A stretch of 64,000 nucleotides of DNA from Basidiobolus meristosporus CBS 931.73 (taxonomy: Eukaryota > Fungi > Basidiobolomycota). The stretch is from positions 1 to 64,000 of the forward strand of contig MCFE01000323.1 in assembly GCA_002104905.1 (NCBI GenBank), read 5' to 3'. This document shows positions 13,071-25,200 of this stretch, in pieces. The stretch's first letter is position 1; each line of letters opens with the position of its first letter. The notes under the pieces are model-generated. The model was not told the DNA's origin. It worked only from the letters and a program-made list of their open reading frames with translations, and made no database searches. Position numbers and translations under genes: made by a program.

Positions 13071-13238
13071 TTAGTTCTTAGCTTTGGCTTGGAAGTTGAT
13101 ATAAAGAACTTCCTCACCACGAGCTACCTTGCTGCCATACCAGGTTCCCCCGGCAACCCCTGCACCAACCATCCCGAGCCTTGGTCCATTCGTGGCTACC
13201 CGAGTGATTGCGCTGCGGAATACTCCTATGCCATACAT
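13071..13238 (-). CDS. Microprotein type B, 55 aa (MYGIGVFRSAITRVATNGPRLGMVGAGVAGGTWYGSKVARGEEVLYINFQAKAKN); NDUFA4/B12D-like (tentative)
   Basis: ATG..TAA, 168 nt, below the 60-aa cutoff of the ORF track. Gapless alignment to type A (25/54 identical) with many synonymous changes. Confidence 0.8.
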   Translation of the reverse strand: MYGIGVFRSAITRVATNGPRLGMVGAGVAGGTWYGSKVARGEEVLYINFQAKAKN

Positions 13239-13907
13239 CTTGCTATGGGTTATGTGCTATGTGCTTTTCTGGTGGGAACCTCGTTTCCTTGTCTGATGAA
13301 GTCTTCCAACGTTCCTGCTGGTATGAGCTTCCCTGATCGAGCCTTCAAGTCGATGAGTTATGAATGGATTGAGACAGGTAAAGTCAGCGCTAGGGCTGGT
13401 GCCTGGACTGATTGAAAGAGGTGAAGAAGCTAACAAGCAAGCTTGTTGACGCATCCTCGGTTCGCACTTCTCTCGCCTTTATACTGCCTGAACCCTCTCA
13501 GCAGGAACGCCCTTCAGATCATTCACCACTCCATCCATGAGCTGATTGGCTCAGCTACTCGGAGGGTAGTACGAGCCTTGTCTGGCAAGCGGTACCGAAC
13601 TCCACTCGGCTTCCTGTCCACCACATCATCCCCGCTGCATCTCCTCCTATCCACTCACCCACAGAGAGCCCACCGTTTGAGCACACCGTGATGGAGATTC
13701 AGCGAATATTCCTCCATGGCCGATGACAAGCAGCCATCAGGATTCATGTGGACGAGCATAGTATTCAGGCTTGTCCAGCCGGGCTACACCTGATTCCCCA
13801 AGATACGCTATCATGAGCTCAGATAGTCATAGTTCCTATCATGAGCTTATCGCGTAGCTGCATACAGAAATAAGCCTCCTTAATCTGCCATGTGCCTACC
13901 AATCTCC

Positions 13908-13911
13908 CTCG

Positions 13912-13942
<31 letters not shown>

Positions 13943-16750
13943 CCTCACTCTTGACCTTGTTCATTCCCATTTGCGGACATTGTATTTGCCATTATCATTA
14001 TCGTTGCCATTGCCACTGCATTATCCTCATGGTCACTCGCCTTCCTTTCGCCTGTCCGGCACACATTCCACTGACTCCATCATGACGAAGTATCCTGCTT
14101 ATCGTAAGAAGTGAGGCAGCATTTCGAGACTGATTGCATCATTCCGGCTGGTTTGCAAATTCATGCGCAACCTAGTACTTGCATACATTGTCCTCATCCT
14201 TCCGGATTTCACTCATCTTCATGTGTATACATACTCGCTCTTCCTCACTCTTCCTTACTCTTCCTCACTCTTCCTCGCTCTTCCACTTTCTTTCGGAATG
14301 GGTAGCCATCAGTGTGGGTACATGACATTGTGTATGTGCAACATGGAACAGCCATCAGAATCAGGGGTCAGTCCGCGAGGGATCACCATTCATTGGTGAG
14401 CATACTGGTCGGCCCAATCGGAGCAAACCAGGCGAAAAGAAATCTACCCAAAGCAGAGCAATGGGAAGGCAAGCAATAATGTGGTCAGGTGAAGGATCAC
14501 AAAAATGGCACGAAACACCGTTGCTATGAAGAAGTGGAGTGGGACAAGACGATCAGCAACGAGAATAGTGCTGATGGTGTGTGGTGCGGTGTGGTGTGGT
14601 GTGGCGTGGTGCAAAGCGATGGGATATTCTATTTCACTGAGCACCCTGACCAACAAGCTTGAGGGATATTGAGTGGACATTGAGTGGACGGATGATTGAT
14701 AGGTAACACCAACCAAATGACTTCCTTGCCACTGATCGCGTGGCTCCAGATCAAGATTTCCTTGAATCGCCCACCATTCACCTCCTGTCCCACCATCACC
14801 GCCAAACCAGCCCATATATAGATCCTTCATACAGCACCCAACCTCAACTCCCTGACGTCCATTCCGAAATCCTCCGAACCTTCACATGTCAATGTCATTT
14901 CAATGTCACCTTGGCGAAGCTGGCTCAATCACCTACGTGAAATAGATCTGTCAAGAATCAAGGCTTCTTCATTGGCCCGCCAATTTCTTTCACATAATCA
15001 TTCTCACTCAGTAATCAAGACCAGATTTTGCTTCACCTCAACCATCAGTTCTCAAACAAACCAGCGCCGACACGCTTACTCATCACTGATGGTAGAGTGA
15101 TTATCGCGAGTAGGGCCCTGAGGTTCCCACCCAAAAGGAAAAGATCTTTCATGGGAGTGATCTTGCCATTTCCCCTTCCCCTTCCCCTTCCCCTTCCCCT
15201 TTCCATTTCTTCCACACGAACCCTGAGATGGTTGTGTGGTGCGGTTGGTGTGAACATGTAGAGTGCACGAATAGCACATTTGTAATCACGCTCACCATAT
15301 TCACCCCGCTATCTCCCAAAATAGATATCTCCCAATCATCGTCTGTCGTTTACGATTCTGGTGGGTAAATTTGCCGCCATTGAGGCGAGTGCATGGATTT
15401 CTACTGTTGTCTGCGGCCCGTATATTACACAAGCTGGACCGGGATGTTATGAGTAAATATCCCCACTGCCGCTAGCACTATCATCCCCGATCGTCATATA
15501 TTGGAATGAATGTCAGTAAGGAGCTGCAAAACGATGCTTTTTGCAGGATCCCTCTTATTTCAAAGGGCATCTTCACTGTTACGATGATTGCTGCAATGGT
15601 CGTGACCACTATTACCATTATGGCAGCTGCCACTGTAGCCACATACTGTTATGGCCATGACCATGGTCACGGTCATAACTATTGATTTTTGTGCTGCTCG
15701 AAGAGAGAGGGAGAGTGGGACGGAGAGTGAGGGGAGGGGAGGGGAGGGGAGGGCAGGGGAGGAGGGGAGAGGAGAAGGGAGGAGGCATCTTGACTCATTC
15801 ATCCACATACTGGGTCATTCAGATCTAAGATTAGCACATACATGTGATATCACTATTCACTGCTGGTGATGGGAAATTGTCAGTAAGGCTGGTTGTTGAT
15901 CACGTGGGTGGTGAGTGGTGGGCGGTGGGTGGTGAGTGGAGCTATGGATCCTAGAAGAGTGATGGTGATCAGTGAACCCTGGGGCCAATATGGTTGGAAT
16001 GAGTGATCTGGATCATGACCAAATATGGCGGGTGTCTTGATTCCATCCCGTCCCTCATCAGAAGTGCAACCATGCCATACCACACCTCACCACATCATCC
16101 ACTACTCTACTCTGCCCTTCCGCCATTGCCACCACAATCCCTTCAGTTCCCGATTCACCCCTCACTCGTACCAGGTTGACCAGAATGGTTCGACGTATAG
16201 TGGCCACTTTGATCTCTTTTGAACACGATCCATCATGTCTATACCACATACTGAGCCCCGCTCAAAACCACCAATCTATTCATTCTAGTCAGTGACCGCT
16301 TCCTTCACAATCCCTTATATCTCTTCTCTTCATGTCTTCTCCTTACCACCTTCACCTTGAGCTAGCCCCGCGTATGACTACTTCCTTCGCACCATTGTAG
16401 TCGATGTTGCTGTGACTTCGAATGCGTATTGATGCACCTCGTACTAAGGCCAGAGGAAAAGCCACTTGCTTGACACAATAAAACCGCCAAACCATCACGC
16501 ACTCACACATTCGCTCAGACACCGACGCGCGCGTATTCCCATCCATATTATCACCAAGCTTTCCACTGTCTTTGGTACTACCAATGCTCTTTTATTGTTC
16601 ATTTGCAAACATCCTTGCCATGAACTGACATCGGGATCTACGTTTCGGCGCATTAGTGTTGGTGTAAGGTGGTAGGAGGCATGAGGCATGAGGCTCGAGT
16701 ATGGGCGTATGTTCAGGTAAAGGCAAAGGCAAAGGCAATGGCAATGGGAT
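13908..16750. repeat. Cluster of short tandem repeats in the left arm: (CTCACT)n ~13915-13950, (GTGGT)n ~14577-14610, (CCCCTT)n ~15170-15200, GGGGA/GGAGA tract ~15730-15783, (GGCAAA/GGCAAT)n ~16718-16748
   Basis: Read directly. They produce the low-complexity spurious ORFs (PLPLPL, GKGKGK, LTLTLT). Confidence 0.9.
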
Positions 16751-16946
16751 GGCTGATAAGGGGCTGGGGCGCTTGGCCATAGTTTCGTGTATGTACAGGC
16801 ACCGCCATACCCATCGCCCCACTTCTCAACAACCAGCCAGGAAATATGATCATTCGGTTCAGTCTATCTCAATAGGGAGGAGGGGAATCTAGTCTAGTTC
16901 AGTGTCACATGTCGCGAGGGGGAGAGGCTGTGGCAGGGCTGCACTC

Positions 16947-17111
16947 TCAGGCGGTTTGCTTTTTGAAGTTGATGTAGAGGACCTCTTGGCCGCGAATGAC
17001 CTTGTTTCCATACCAGCCAACCCCTAGAATCCCGACACCGAAGGCGGCTAGCTTTGGAGCTTCGGAGACGAAACGAAGGGTGGTGGAGCGAAGAATACTG
17101 GTGGAAGGCAT
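16947..17111 (-). CDS. Microprotein type A, 54 aa (MPSTSILRSTTLRFVSEAPKLAAFGVGILGVGWYGNKVIRGQEVLYINFKKQTA); NDUFA4/B12D-like (tentative)
   Basis: ATG..TGA, 165 nt; TATAAAT about 54 bp upstream; Gly-rich hydrophobic segment; paralogous to the other three micro-ORFs. Confidence 0.8.
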   Translation of the reverse strand: MPSTSILRSTTLRFVSEAPKLAAFGVGILGVGWYGNKVIRGQEVLYINFKKQTA

Positions 17112-17164
17112 CGGGAAGCTTCTTAAACGAGGTGGATGATTTTTGGGACAGGCGGCACTTCGAA

Positions 17165-17171
17165 ATTTATA
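17165..17171 (-). promoter_or_regulatory. Putative TATA box (TATAAAT) for the left type-A micro-ORF
   Basis: About 54 bp upstream of the ATG at 17111; positionally symmetric with the TATA at 18253. Confidence 0.45.
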
Positions 17172-18252
17172 CCATCAAGGAAGGTGATCAAGGTGCGGCA
17201 ACCTGCTTACCAATTGGGTGGGTGTGCTAGAGAACGATGTGCTCAAGATTTGGTTATGGAAGAGATTTGGTAAGCCTGCTCATTGATACTTCAAACGATC
17301 CGTAGGAAACGGTACCTGCCACTATCACATGCTTCATGACCCACTGTGACCAATATCCATTGCAGGATGAGGTTGGTTGGACCTTCATTCCGAATATCTC
17401 CGGGGAGGCGTGGATTTCGAGAAGTCCCCGAAATTCGAGATAATCAGGGAATTGGGTTTAATCAATTTCTATGATCATTAAAGAGCAGGTGCAACGAAAG
17501 AAAAGGCATCGCAACACTCAACCAGTTGATTAGAGGTGTTGGAGCAAGTCACCACATGGTTTCCAGAGCAGCCAAATTTCTCATAGTCATGTTACCAATG
17601 TAACTTCAAACGGTGCGGTAATGATCTATGTATGAACTATCTATCATATCAGCCAACCACATGCACATTCGAGTACGATCCATTATGCCAAGTGACATGA
17701 AATCCCCCAGTAGGTATTGGTTATGGAGAAACACCTGATACTGCTATCTAACGGCGCTACTCGAGCACATGTGTCATTATGATGATTGCACTAATAAAGG
17801 CTGGTCATAACTTACGGTAACGTACAGTGGGAGATTTCCAAGCAACGCCGTGACAGTCATGATTAATCAGGTTATCCTGCAATCGAGCATGTCAACGGTT
17901 TGTCATATTCCATACGGTCTTCAATGCAGAAAACTTATCTAGAATGGGCTAAAACGGATTCACCATCCGTCAAGGGTTCAGTATTCCGCTAAATTGAATT
18001 TCAATACAGATGTCAAATTCCCCTCGGGCAGAATCGGAGGGTGGTGGGGTTCTTTCCGGCACCTCAAATGGGATTTTGATTAAGGTGCAACAGGGATTGA
18101 CTCATTTAAGCTCATTCCAAAGATAGTTCGAGGAAATGAAATTTGTTTATTTCGACCCATACCTTCCTATTTTGGCAGTGTTCAGATCACGGTTCATTGG
18201 CTATCAAGAACTTGTAATTGACGTATCATTGAAATTAATGCCATATCGAATG

Positions 18253-18259
18253 TATAAAA
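18253..18259 (+). promoter_or_regulatory. Putative TATA box (TATAAAA) for the right type-A' micro-ORF
   Basis: About 57 bp upstream of the ATG at 18316. Confidence 0.45.
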
Positions 18260-18315
18260 AGACTTGCCAACGATGTCAAGCAGCCATCAATATTCCGTCT
18301 CATTTCAATATCGAC

Positions 18316-18480
18316 ATGTTTGCTATTCCAGTCGTTCGTTCCACAGCCCTTCGTATTGTCTCCGAAGCTCCAAAGCTAGCCGCCTTCGGTGTCGGGATTC
18401 TAGGGGTTGGCTGGTATGGAAACAAGGTCATTCGCGGCCAAGAGGTCCTCTACATCAACTTCAAAAAGCAAACCGCCTGA
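18316..18480 (+). CDS. Microprotein type A', 54 aa (MFAIPVVRSTALRIVSEAPKLAAFGVGILGVGWYGNKVIRGQEVLYINFKKQTA); NDUFA4/B12D-like (tentative)
   Basis: ATG at 18316 inside track ORF 18136..18480. Same length as the left-arm A copy; TATAAAA about 57 bp upstream. Confidence 0.8.
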   Translation: MFAIPVVRSTALRIVSEAPKLAAFGVGILGVGWYGNKVIRGQEVLYINFKKQTA

Positions 18481-20120
18481 GAGTGCAGCCCTGCCACAGC
18501 CTCTCCCCCTCGCGACATGTGACACTGAACTAGACTAGATTCCCCTCCTCCCTATTGAGATAGACTGAACCGAATGATCATATTTCCTGGCTGGTTGTTG
18601 AGAAGTGGGGCGATGGGTATGGCGGTGCCTGTACATACACGAAACTATGGCCAAGCGCCCCAGCCCCTTATCAGCCATCCCATTGCCATTGCCTTTGCCT
18701 TTGCCTTTACCTGAACATACGCCCATACTCGAGCCTCATGCCTCATGCCTCCTACCACCTTACACCAACACTAATGCGCCGAAACGTAGATCCCGATGTC
18801 AGTTCATGGCAAGGATGTTTGCAAATGAACAATAAAAGAGCATTGGTAGTACCAAAGACAGTGGAAAGCTTGGTGATAATATGGATGGGAATGCGCGCGC
18901 GTCGGTGTCTGAGCGCATGTGTGAGTGCGTGATAGTTTGGCTGTTTTATTGTGTCAAGCAAGTGGCTTTTCCTCTGGCCTTGGTACGAGGTGCATCAATA
19001 CGCATTCGAAGTCACAGCAACATCGACTACAATGGTGCGAAGGAAGTAGTCATACGCGGGGCTAGCTCAAGGTGAAGGTGGTGAGGAGAAGACGTGAAGA
19101 GAAGAGATACAAGGGATTGTGAAGGAAGCGGTCACTGACTAGAATGAATAGATTGGTGGTTTTGAGCGGGGCTCAGTATGTGGTATAGACATGATGGATC
19201 GTGTTCAAAAGAGATCAAAGTGGCCACTATACGTCGGACCATTCTGGTCAACCTGGTACGAGCGAGGGGTGAATCGGGAACTGAAGGGATTGTGGTGGCA
19301 ATGGCGGAAGGGCAGAGTAGAGTAGTGGATGATGTGGTGAGGTGTGGTATGGCATGGTTGTACTTCTGATGAGGGACGGGATGCAATCAAGACACCCGCC
19401 ATATTTGGTCATGATCCAGATCACTCATTCCAACCATATTGGCCCCAGGGTTCACTGATCACCATCACTCTTCTAGGATCCATAGCTCCACTCACCACCC
19501 ACCACCCACCACTCACCACCCACGTGATCAACAACCAGCCTTACTGACAATTTCCCATCACCAGCAGTGAATAGTGATATCACATGTATGTGCTAATCTT
19601 AGATCTGAATGACCCAGTATGTGGATGAATGAGTCAAGATGCCTCCTCCCTTCTCCTCTCCCCTCCCCTCCCCTCACTCTCCGTCCCACTCTCCCTCTCT
19701 CTTCGAGCAGCACAAAAATCAATAGTTATGACTGTGACCGTGGTCATTTAGGGTTAGGGTCAGAGTGGCGATATGATGCTCGTTGGAATGAGACCGAAAA
19801 GATGTCCCCAATGGGCGAATCAAAAGGCTCTTCCCATTTTTGACAGATCAATTTCGCATAGGTGATTCAAACCAAATCACCCTCATTATTCTTTTGTAAC
19901 GCGATGGTGAAGATGACATTGACATGTGAAGGTTCGGAGGATTTCGGAATGGACGTCAGGGAGTTGAGGTTGGGTGCTGTATGAAGGATCTATATATGGG
20001 CTGGTTTGGCGGTGATGGTGGGACAGGAGGTGAATGGTGGGCGATTCAAGGAAATCTTGATCTGGAGCCACGCGATCAGTGGCAAGGAAGTCATTTGGTT
20101 GGTGTTACCTATCAATCATC

Positions 20121-20180
20121 CGTCCACTCAATGTCCACTCAATGTCCACTCAATGTCCACTCAATATCCACTCAATATCC
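20121..20180. repeat. 11-bp tandem repeat (ACTCAATRTCC) x5 in the right arm; only 2 copies in the left arm (~14663-14690)
   Basis: Read directly on both arms. Confidence 0.85.
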
Positions 20181-21589
20181 CTCAAGCTTGTTGGTCAGGG
20201 TGCTCAGTGAAATAGAATATCTCATCGCTTTGCACCACGCCACACCACACCACACCACACCGCACCACACACCATCAGCACTATTCTCGTTGCTGATCGT
20301 CTTGTCCCACTCCACTTCTTCATAGCAACGGTGTTTCGTGCCATTTTTGTGATCCTTCACCTGACCACATTATTGCTTGCCTTCCCATTGCTTTGCTTTG
20401 GGTAGATTTCTTTTCGCCTGGTTTGCTCCGATTGGGCCGACCAGTATGCTCACCAATGAATGGTGATCCCTCGCGGACTGACCCCTGATTCTGATGGCTG
20501 TTCCATGTTGCACATACACAATGTCATGTACCCACACTGATGGCTACCCATTCCGAAAGAAAGTGGAAGAGCGAGGAAGAGTGAGGAAGAGCGAGTATGT
20601 ATACACATGAAGATGAGTGAAATCCGGAAGGATGAGGACAATGCATGCAAGTACTAGGTTGCGCATGAATTTGCAAACCAGCCGGAATGATGCAATCAGT
20701 CTCGAAATGCTGCCTCACTTCTTACGATAAGCAGGATACTTCGTCATGATGGAGTCAGTGGAATGTGTGCCGGACAGGCGAAAGGAAGGCGAGTGACCAT
20801 GAGGATAATGCAGTGGCAATGGCAACGATAATGATAATGGCAAATACAATGTCCGCAAATGGGAATGAACAAGGTCAAGAGTGAGGGTGAGAGGGAGAGA
20901 GTGAGAGCGAGAGCGAGGGAGATTGGTAGGCACATGGCAGATTAAGGAGGCTTATTTCTGTATGCAGCTACGCGATAAGCTCATGATAGGAACTATGACT
21001 ATCTGAGCTCATGATAGCGTATCTTGGGGAATCAGGTGTAGCCCGGCTGGACAAGCCTGAATACTATGCTCGTCCACATGAATCCTGATGGCTGCTTGTC
21101 ATCGGCCATGGAGGAATAATCGCTGAATCTCCATCACGGTGTGCTCAAACGGTGGGCTCTCTGTGGGTGAGTGGATAGGAGGAGATGCAGCGGGGATGAT
21201 GTGGTGGACAGGAAGCCGAGTGGAGTTCGGTACCGCTTGCCAGACAAGGCTCGTACTACCCTCCGAGTAGCTGAGCCAATCAGCTCATGGATGGAGTGGT
21301 GAATGATCTGAAGGGCGTTCCTGCTGAGAGGGTTCAGGCAGTATAAAGGCGAGAGAAGCGCGAACCGAGGATGCATCAGCAAGTTTACTTGTTAGCTTCT
21401 TCACCTCTTTCAATCAGTCCAGGCACCAGCCCTAGCGCTGACTTTACCTTCGGTCTCAATCCATTCATAACTCATCGACTTGAAGGCTCGATCAGCGAAG
21501 CTCATACCAGCAGGAGCGTTGGAAGACTTCATCAGACAAGGAAACGAGGTTCCCACCAGAAAAGCACATAGCACATAACCCATAGCAAG

Positions 21590-21757
21590 ATGTATGGCAT
21601 AGGAGTATTCCGCAGCGCAATCACTCGGGTAGCCACGAATGGACCAAGGCTCGGGATGGTTGGTGCAGGGGTTGCCGGGGGAACCTGGTATGGCAGCAAG
21701 GTAGCTCGTGGTGAGGAAGTTCTTTATATCAACTTCCAAGCCAAAGCTAAGAGCTAG
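21590..21757 (+). CDS. Microprotein type B', 55 aa (MYGIGVFRSAITRVATNGPRLGMVGAGVAGGTWYGSKVARGEEVLYINFQAKAKS); NDUFA4/B12D-like (tentative)
   Basis: ATG..TAG, 168 nt. Identical to the left B copy except the last codon (AGC vs AAC) and the stop (TAG vs TAA). Confidence 0.8.
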   Translation: MYGIGVFRSAITRVATNGPRLGMVGAGVAGGTWYGSKVARGEEVLYINFQAKAKS

Positions 21758-22259
21758 GTGGCTCATTGGAAAAATTGAGAACTAAGCTCCTCCCGTATGC
21801 TAGATAGCTTTACCATTCCAAACCGTGTCAATTGCTCTACAGATACGTTTATCTTCGGGCAGAAATATATCCTCTACTGCCAAGGAAATTCGGTTTCAAA
21901 TCATCACATCCTTATCTACATGCATATCCATATCCGTATTCTATACCCCACAAACTTAGCACGCAGCCTGTCATGTCGGGCATTTTTCATAAAGATCTAC
22001 GAAAACCGAACGCACTTTATTTTCACCATGTATTCCAAGTGGCGCTTCCCACATCTTTTGAGACGCGCCAAACCTCTCGCCAATCATCATTTCCACTCAT
22101 CTCCAATTCTGTATCCCATGTGGAGCAACGGACCATCGATTCCCTTCTCCATGCCCTGACAATTGACAGTTGTGGGTATAACATGCTTGCAAGCCGTTTG
22201 AACCTGGTACTCAAGTCATTTCGTGGTGTCATGTAGAGTTTCCCTTGAAGCTACATCCG

Positions 22260-25200
22260 GAAATGCCTGCTTTACTATAATCACCACTTGCATATTGGGA
22301 AAGAGCCTTGCGTTACTTTGCCAATATACTCCTTACCGTGAAACAAATTGGTCACTTGTAACATCAAAGCCAGCTTTACTAACTAACTTGTTGTCCATAC
22401 ATCAGTGTTGTTTAGCTTAGCTATTCAATAGGCATGTGTCTACTGGTGAAAATCCCGACTTAAACTACTTACACAGTTGCTATAGATATGTCATATTGGC
22501 TTTAATGGTCCGTGTCGGATTGATTACTCCTATTATATAAGTATACAGTTCCCAGTGCTTACAATGTGCAGTTGGCAGTAACCACTTTAGGTGGCCTATC
22601 TATTCATCAAATCTGCAGCTCATCCAATCCTCAAGTGTACGTTGCAGTTTATCCACGAGTGTGATTATTATTTGGAGCTCATCTGGATGATTTCTGGTAA
22701 TGAACACTTGGTGGTAGCTTATCAATCTTCCCAATTTTCTCGGGCATTTCAAGTATCGCATTTGACCTGAAACGCCCTTGGTACAACTTTATCATTGGTG
22801 TTGGGTTGGTAGACTTGCTCAATATGCCTTTGATTGTAGTGGCAAAAAGTACTGGTTGTAGTAAATTATATAGCTACATTTAGGCACTCCTTTGACTCTG
22901 TCACTTTGATCACAACTTATGTCTGTACTGGATTCATGGTATATCTTGCCTAAGCTATTTGCCAAAATTCCCTGAAAAGATATGACAAAAATATTAGGTA
23001 TCAAGGATATGAAAATTCTCATACTTTTCCAAGTTCCCCCTGACATTGCACACATGCTCTTGAGCCTGCTAAGCATAGTCAATATGTGTATTGTTCTAAG
23101 ATCCCACAGAAGTATCAATATCTCTCTTATATTCAATAAGTCCATGACCAAAAGCCACATATCAATCTGTATTCATAACCAATCTAATACCTCTAAGGTT
23201 AGATCATTCCTAGTCATTTTGCATCTGATTTCATAACACTTGGTCATATGCAGGTCAGTTTGATCCCAATCAAGCACAATATAGAGCTCCCTAGCTCTAT
23301 TTAACATGCTCAAGTACCTATAGCTAATAGGTTTTGCTACCAGCATACTTGTTCTTTAGGATACACCTTGTGCTAGGATACAGTGATGGTCATATCACCT
23401 TTGGAGAAGCCTTTGCACCTGGTGTGTTGCAGTGATTCATATCCAGCAGAGAGGTAATACTTAAGGCCAATCAGCATTTGCAGAGTATAATTGAGCATGG
23501 TCATACCCATGTTACTGCATTAGAGTCCATACCAGAGACTCTTAAGATAAGCATGCGGAGGGAAAGCAACATTGATGTTTAGTTGTGATAGATTCTTTAC
23601 AAGTTCAATACTTTGTGGTGGATTTCTTTGCTGATGGCAGTAACTTCCATCACAGAAAAATGTCACATTAGTTTCCAAGGCTGTGATGGCAAATCACACT
23701 ATGGTCTTACACAACCATCAAGTATATGTTACAAAATCTGTAACAACACTGAAGTATTCACCCAACTTGCATACATATATCAGGGTTTAAAAATCTGAGA
23801 GAACCATGTATAAACTCCTTATCAGGGTTAACTTTGAGAGTCTCCATGTTCTGATTATCTGATCTCTGGGTAAAATATTGCAAGTTGTCCAGTGGAGATA
23901 ATCCCATCAAAAGGCTGCCACAACATCTAAATCCCAAGACTAAGAGGTATTGAAGCTGCCAGAACACCATGCCAAAAACTACTGGAAAAACATTTCACCT
24001 CAGATTTCACTAAAAGTTAGGCAAAACATCTCATCAGAGTGGTCCCTAAGTTTTTTTAATTTGTTTACTGCCATTTCTTTCACTTTCTTATCCCAGACAC
24101 TACAAATGATGAGGCTGTTATAATGTTAGCAGTTTGGAAATCTTGCCCCACTTGACAGTCCTATGATGGGATTGTGACAATGTCTTGCACATTTTACTGG
24201 CAGTTAAAGTTGCTCTCTTGATGATGTCTTGATGGTCTTTCCGTGGGGCTTGCATGAGACTCAGGTGGTTGTTATGTAGTTGCTACCTATTAAGCAGGCC
24301 AAACCAGCCAATACATATGGTTGCCTTTCATGGTAGAAAACTTGCAGTCTTTGGATTGCCTCAATATCAATCTCTGCCGGTATTATTGTGGCAGTACAGC
24401 AGCCTGCAGCTAGTCACATATTATGCTTCTGTACCAACTTACCAAGTGGTATCTGATTCTTATATCTCCCTTGTGCCATTGATACATTCCATTGTAGAAT
24501 TATGCCTCTTAATTTTGTCATTCCCTATTGACATAGGTACACTACCTATTTTGAATCAAAGGAACCTACAACCTCTTTCTTACTGACCACTACATATGTG
24601 CACACATGCTACAATTGACACACTTCTATGACTTCAACTTAATGGATTTTTAGTGTGGTACTTCCAAAGTTGCTGTATGCCTTGTATTGCTGGTTACTTA
24701 TTCATCTTGCAAACATATGCTTGCTTGCCACTGCTTTTGCAGTATATACCTTTTGAATAGGAATTGAAAAATACTGTGCACAGATGGGAGTATGGAGACA
24801 CCTATGCCTTGAGCATCAATCTGCTGAGCATTCAAGATGCATTAGTAATCAGTAAGGTAAGCCAATATTGAGCTGGATGGAACAAGTAGCTAATCCTTAT
24901 TAGTGCAACTTTACCAGAGTATTCCCGGTACCACCAGGATATTATGCAAATTCTCCACCATTCAATTTAAAACTCACACAAACATGAGCTGGAGCACACA
25001 TTTAAATAGGATTAGAGTGGAGCAAAGGTAAAGAATATATTGACCAAATAATGAGAAGTGCTTTGCAGATATTCAGGAGGTATTGATTGCAAGAGATGTT
25101 ATGCTGGACACCCCTTTGAGAAATGACTGCATTGATACTGTCAAAAGGCCTTCACAAATTCTAATCCTGTGACTAAGCCAAACTGATGCCATTAGGACAC

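Larger units (their letters stand above)
13071..17069. repeat. Left arm of an 8.7-kb palindrome (inverted partner 18358-21757)
   Basis: Mirror-image ORFs in the track (13089+/21410-, 13443+/21134-, 16701+/18535-) and direct reverse-complement comparison. Near-identity is interrupted at about 14899-15656 (left) versus 19747-19912 (right). Confidence 0.97.
18358..21757. repeat. Right arm of the palindrome (inverted partner 13071-17069)
   Basis: Reverse complement of the left arm with scattered substitutions and microsatellite length differences. Confidence 0.97.

Noticed and set aside
18136-18315. N-terminal extension of the 114-aa track ORF
   Set aside because: No counterpart in the three paralogs; it runs through the TATA box, and the ATG at 18316 aligns with the paralog starts.
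13089-21766. The roughly 40 track ORFs of 60-130 aa within the palindrome (e.g. MEVDIKNFLTTSY..., PLPLPL, GKGKGK, LTLTLT)
   Set aside because: They are antisense shadows of the real micro-ORFs or translations of microsatellites. They recur only because the DNA is duplicated, and indels between the arms change their frames.
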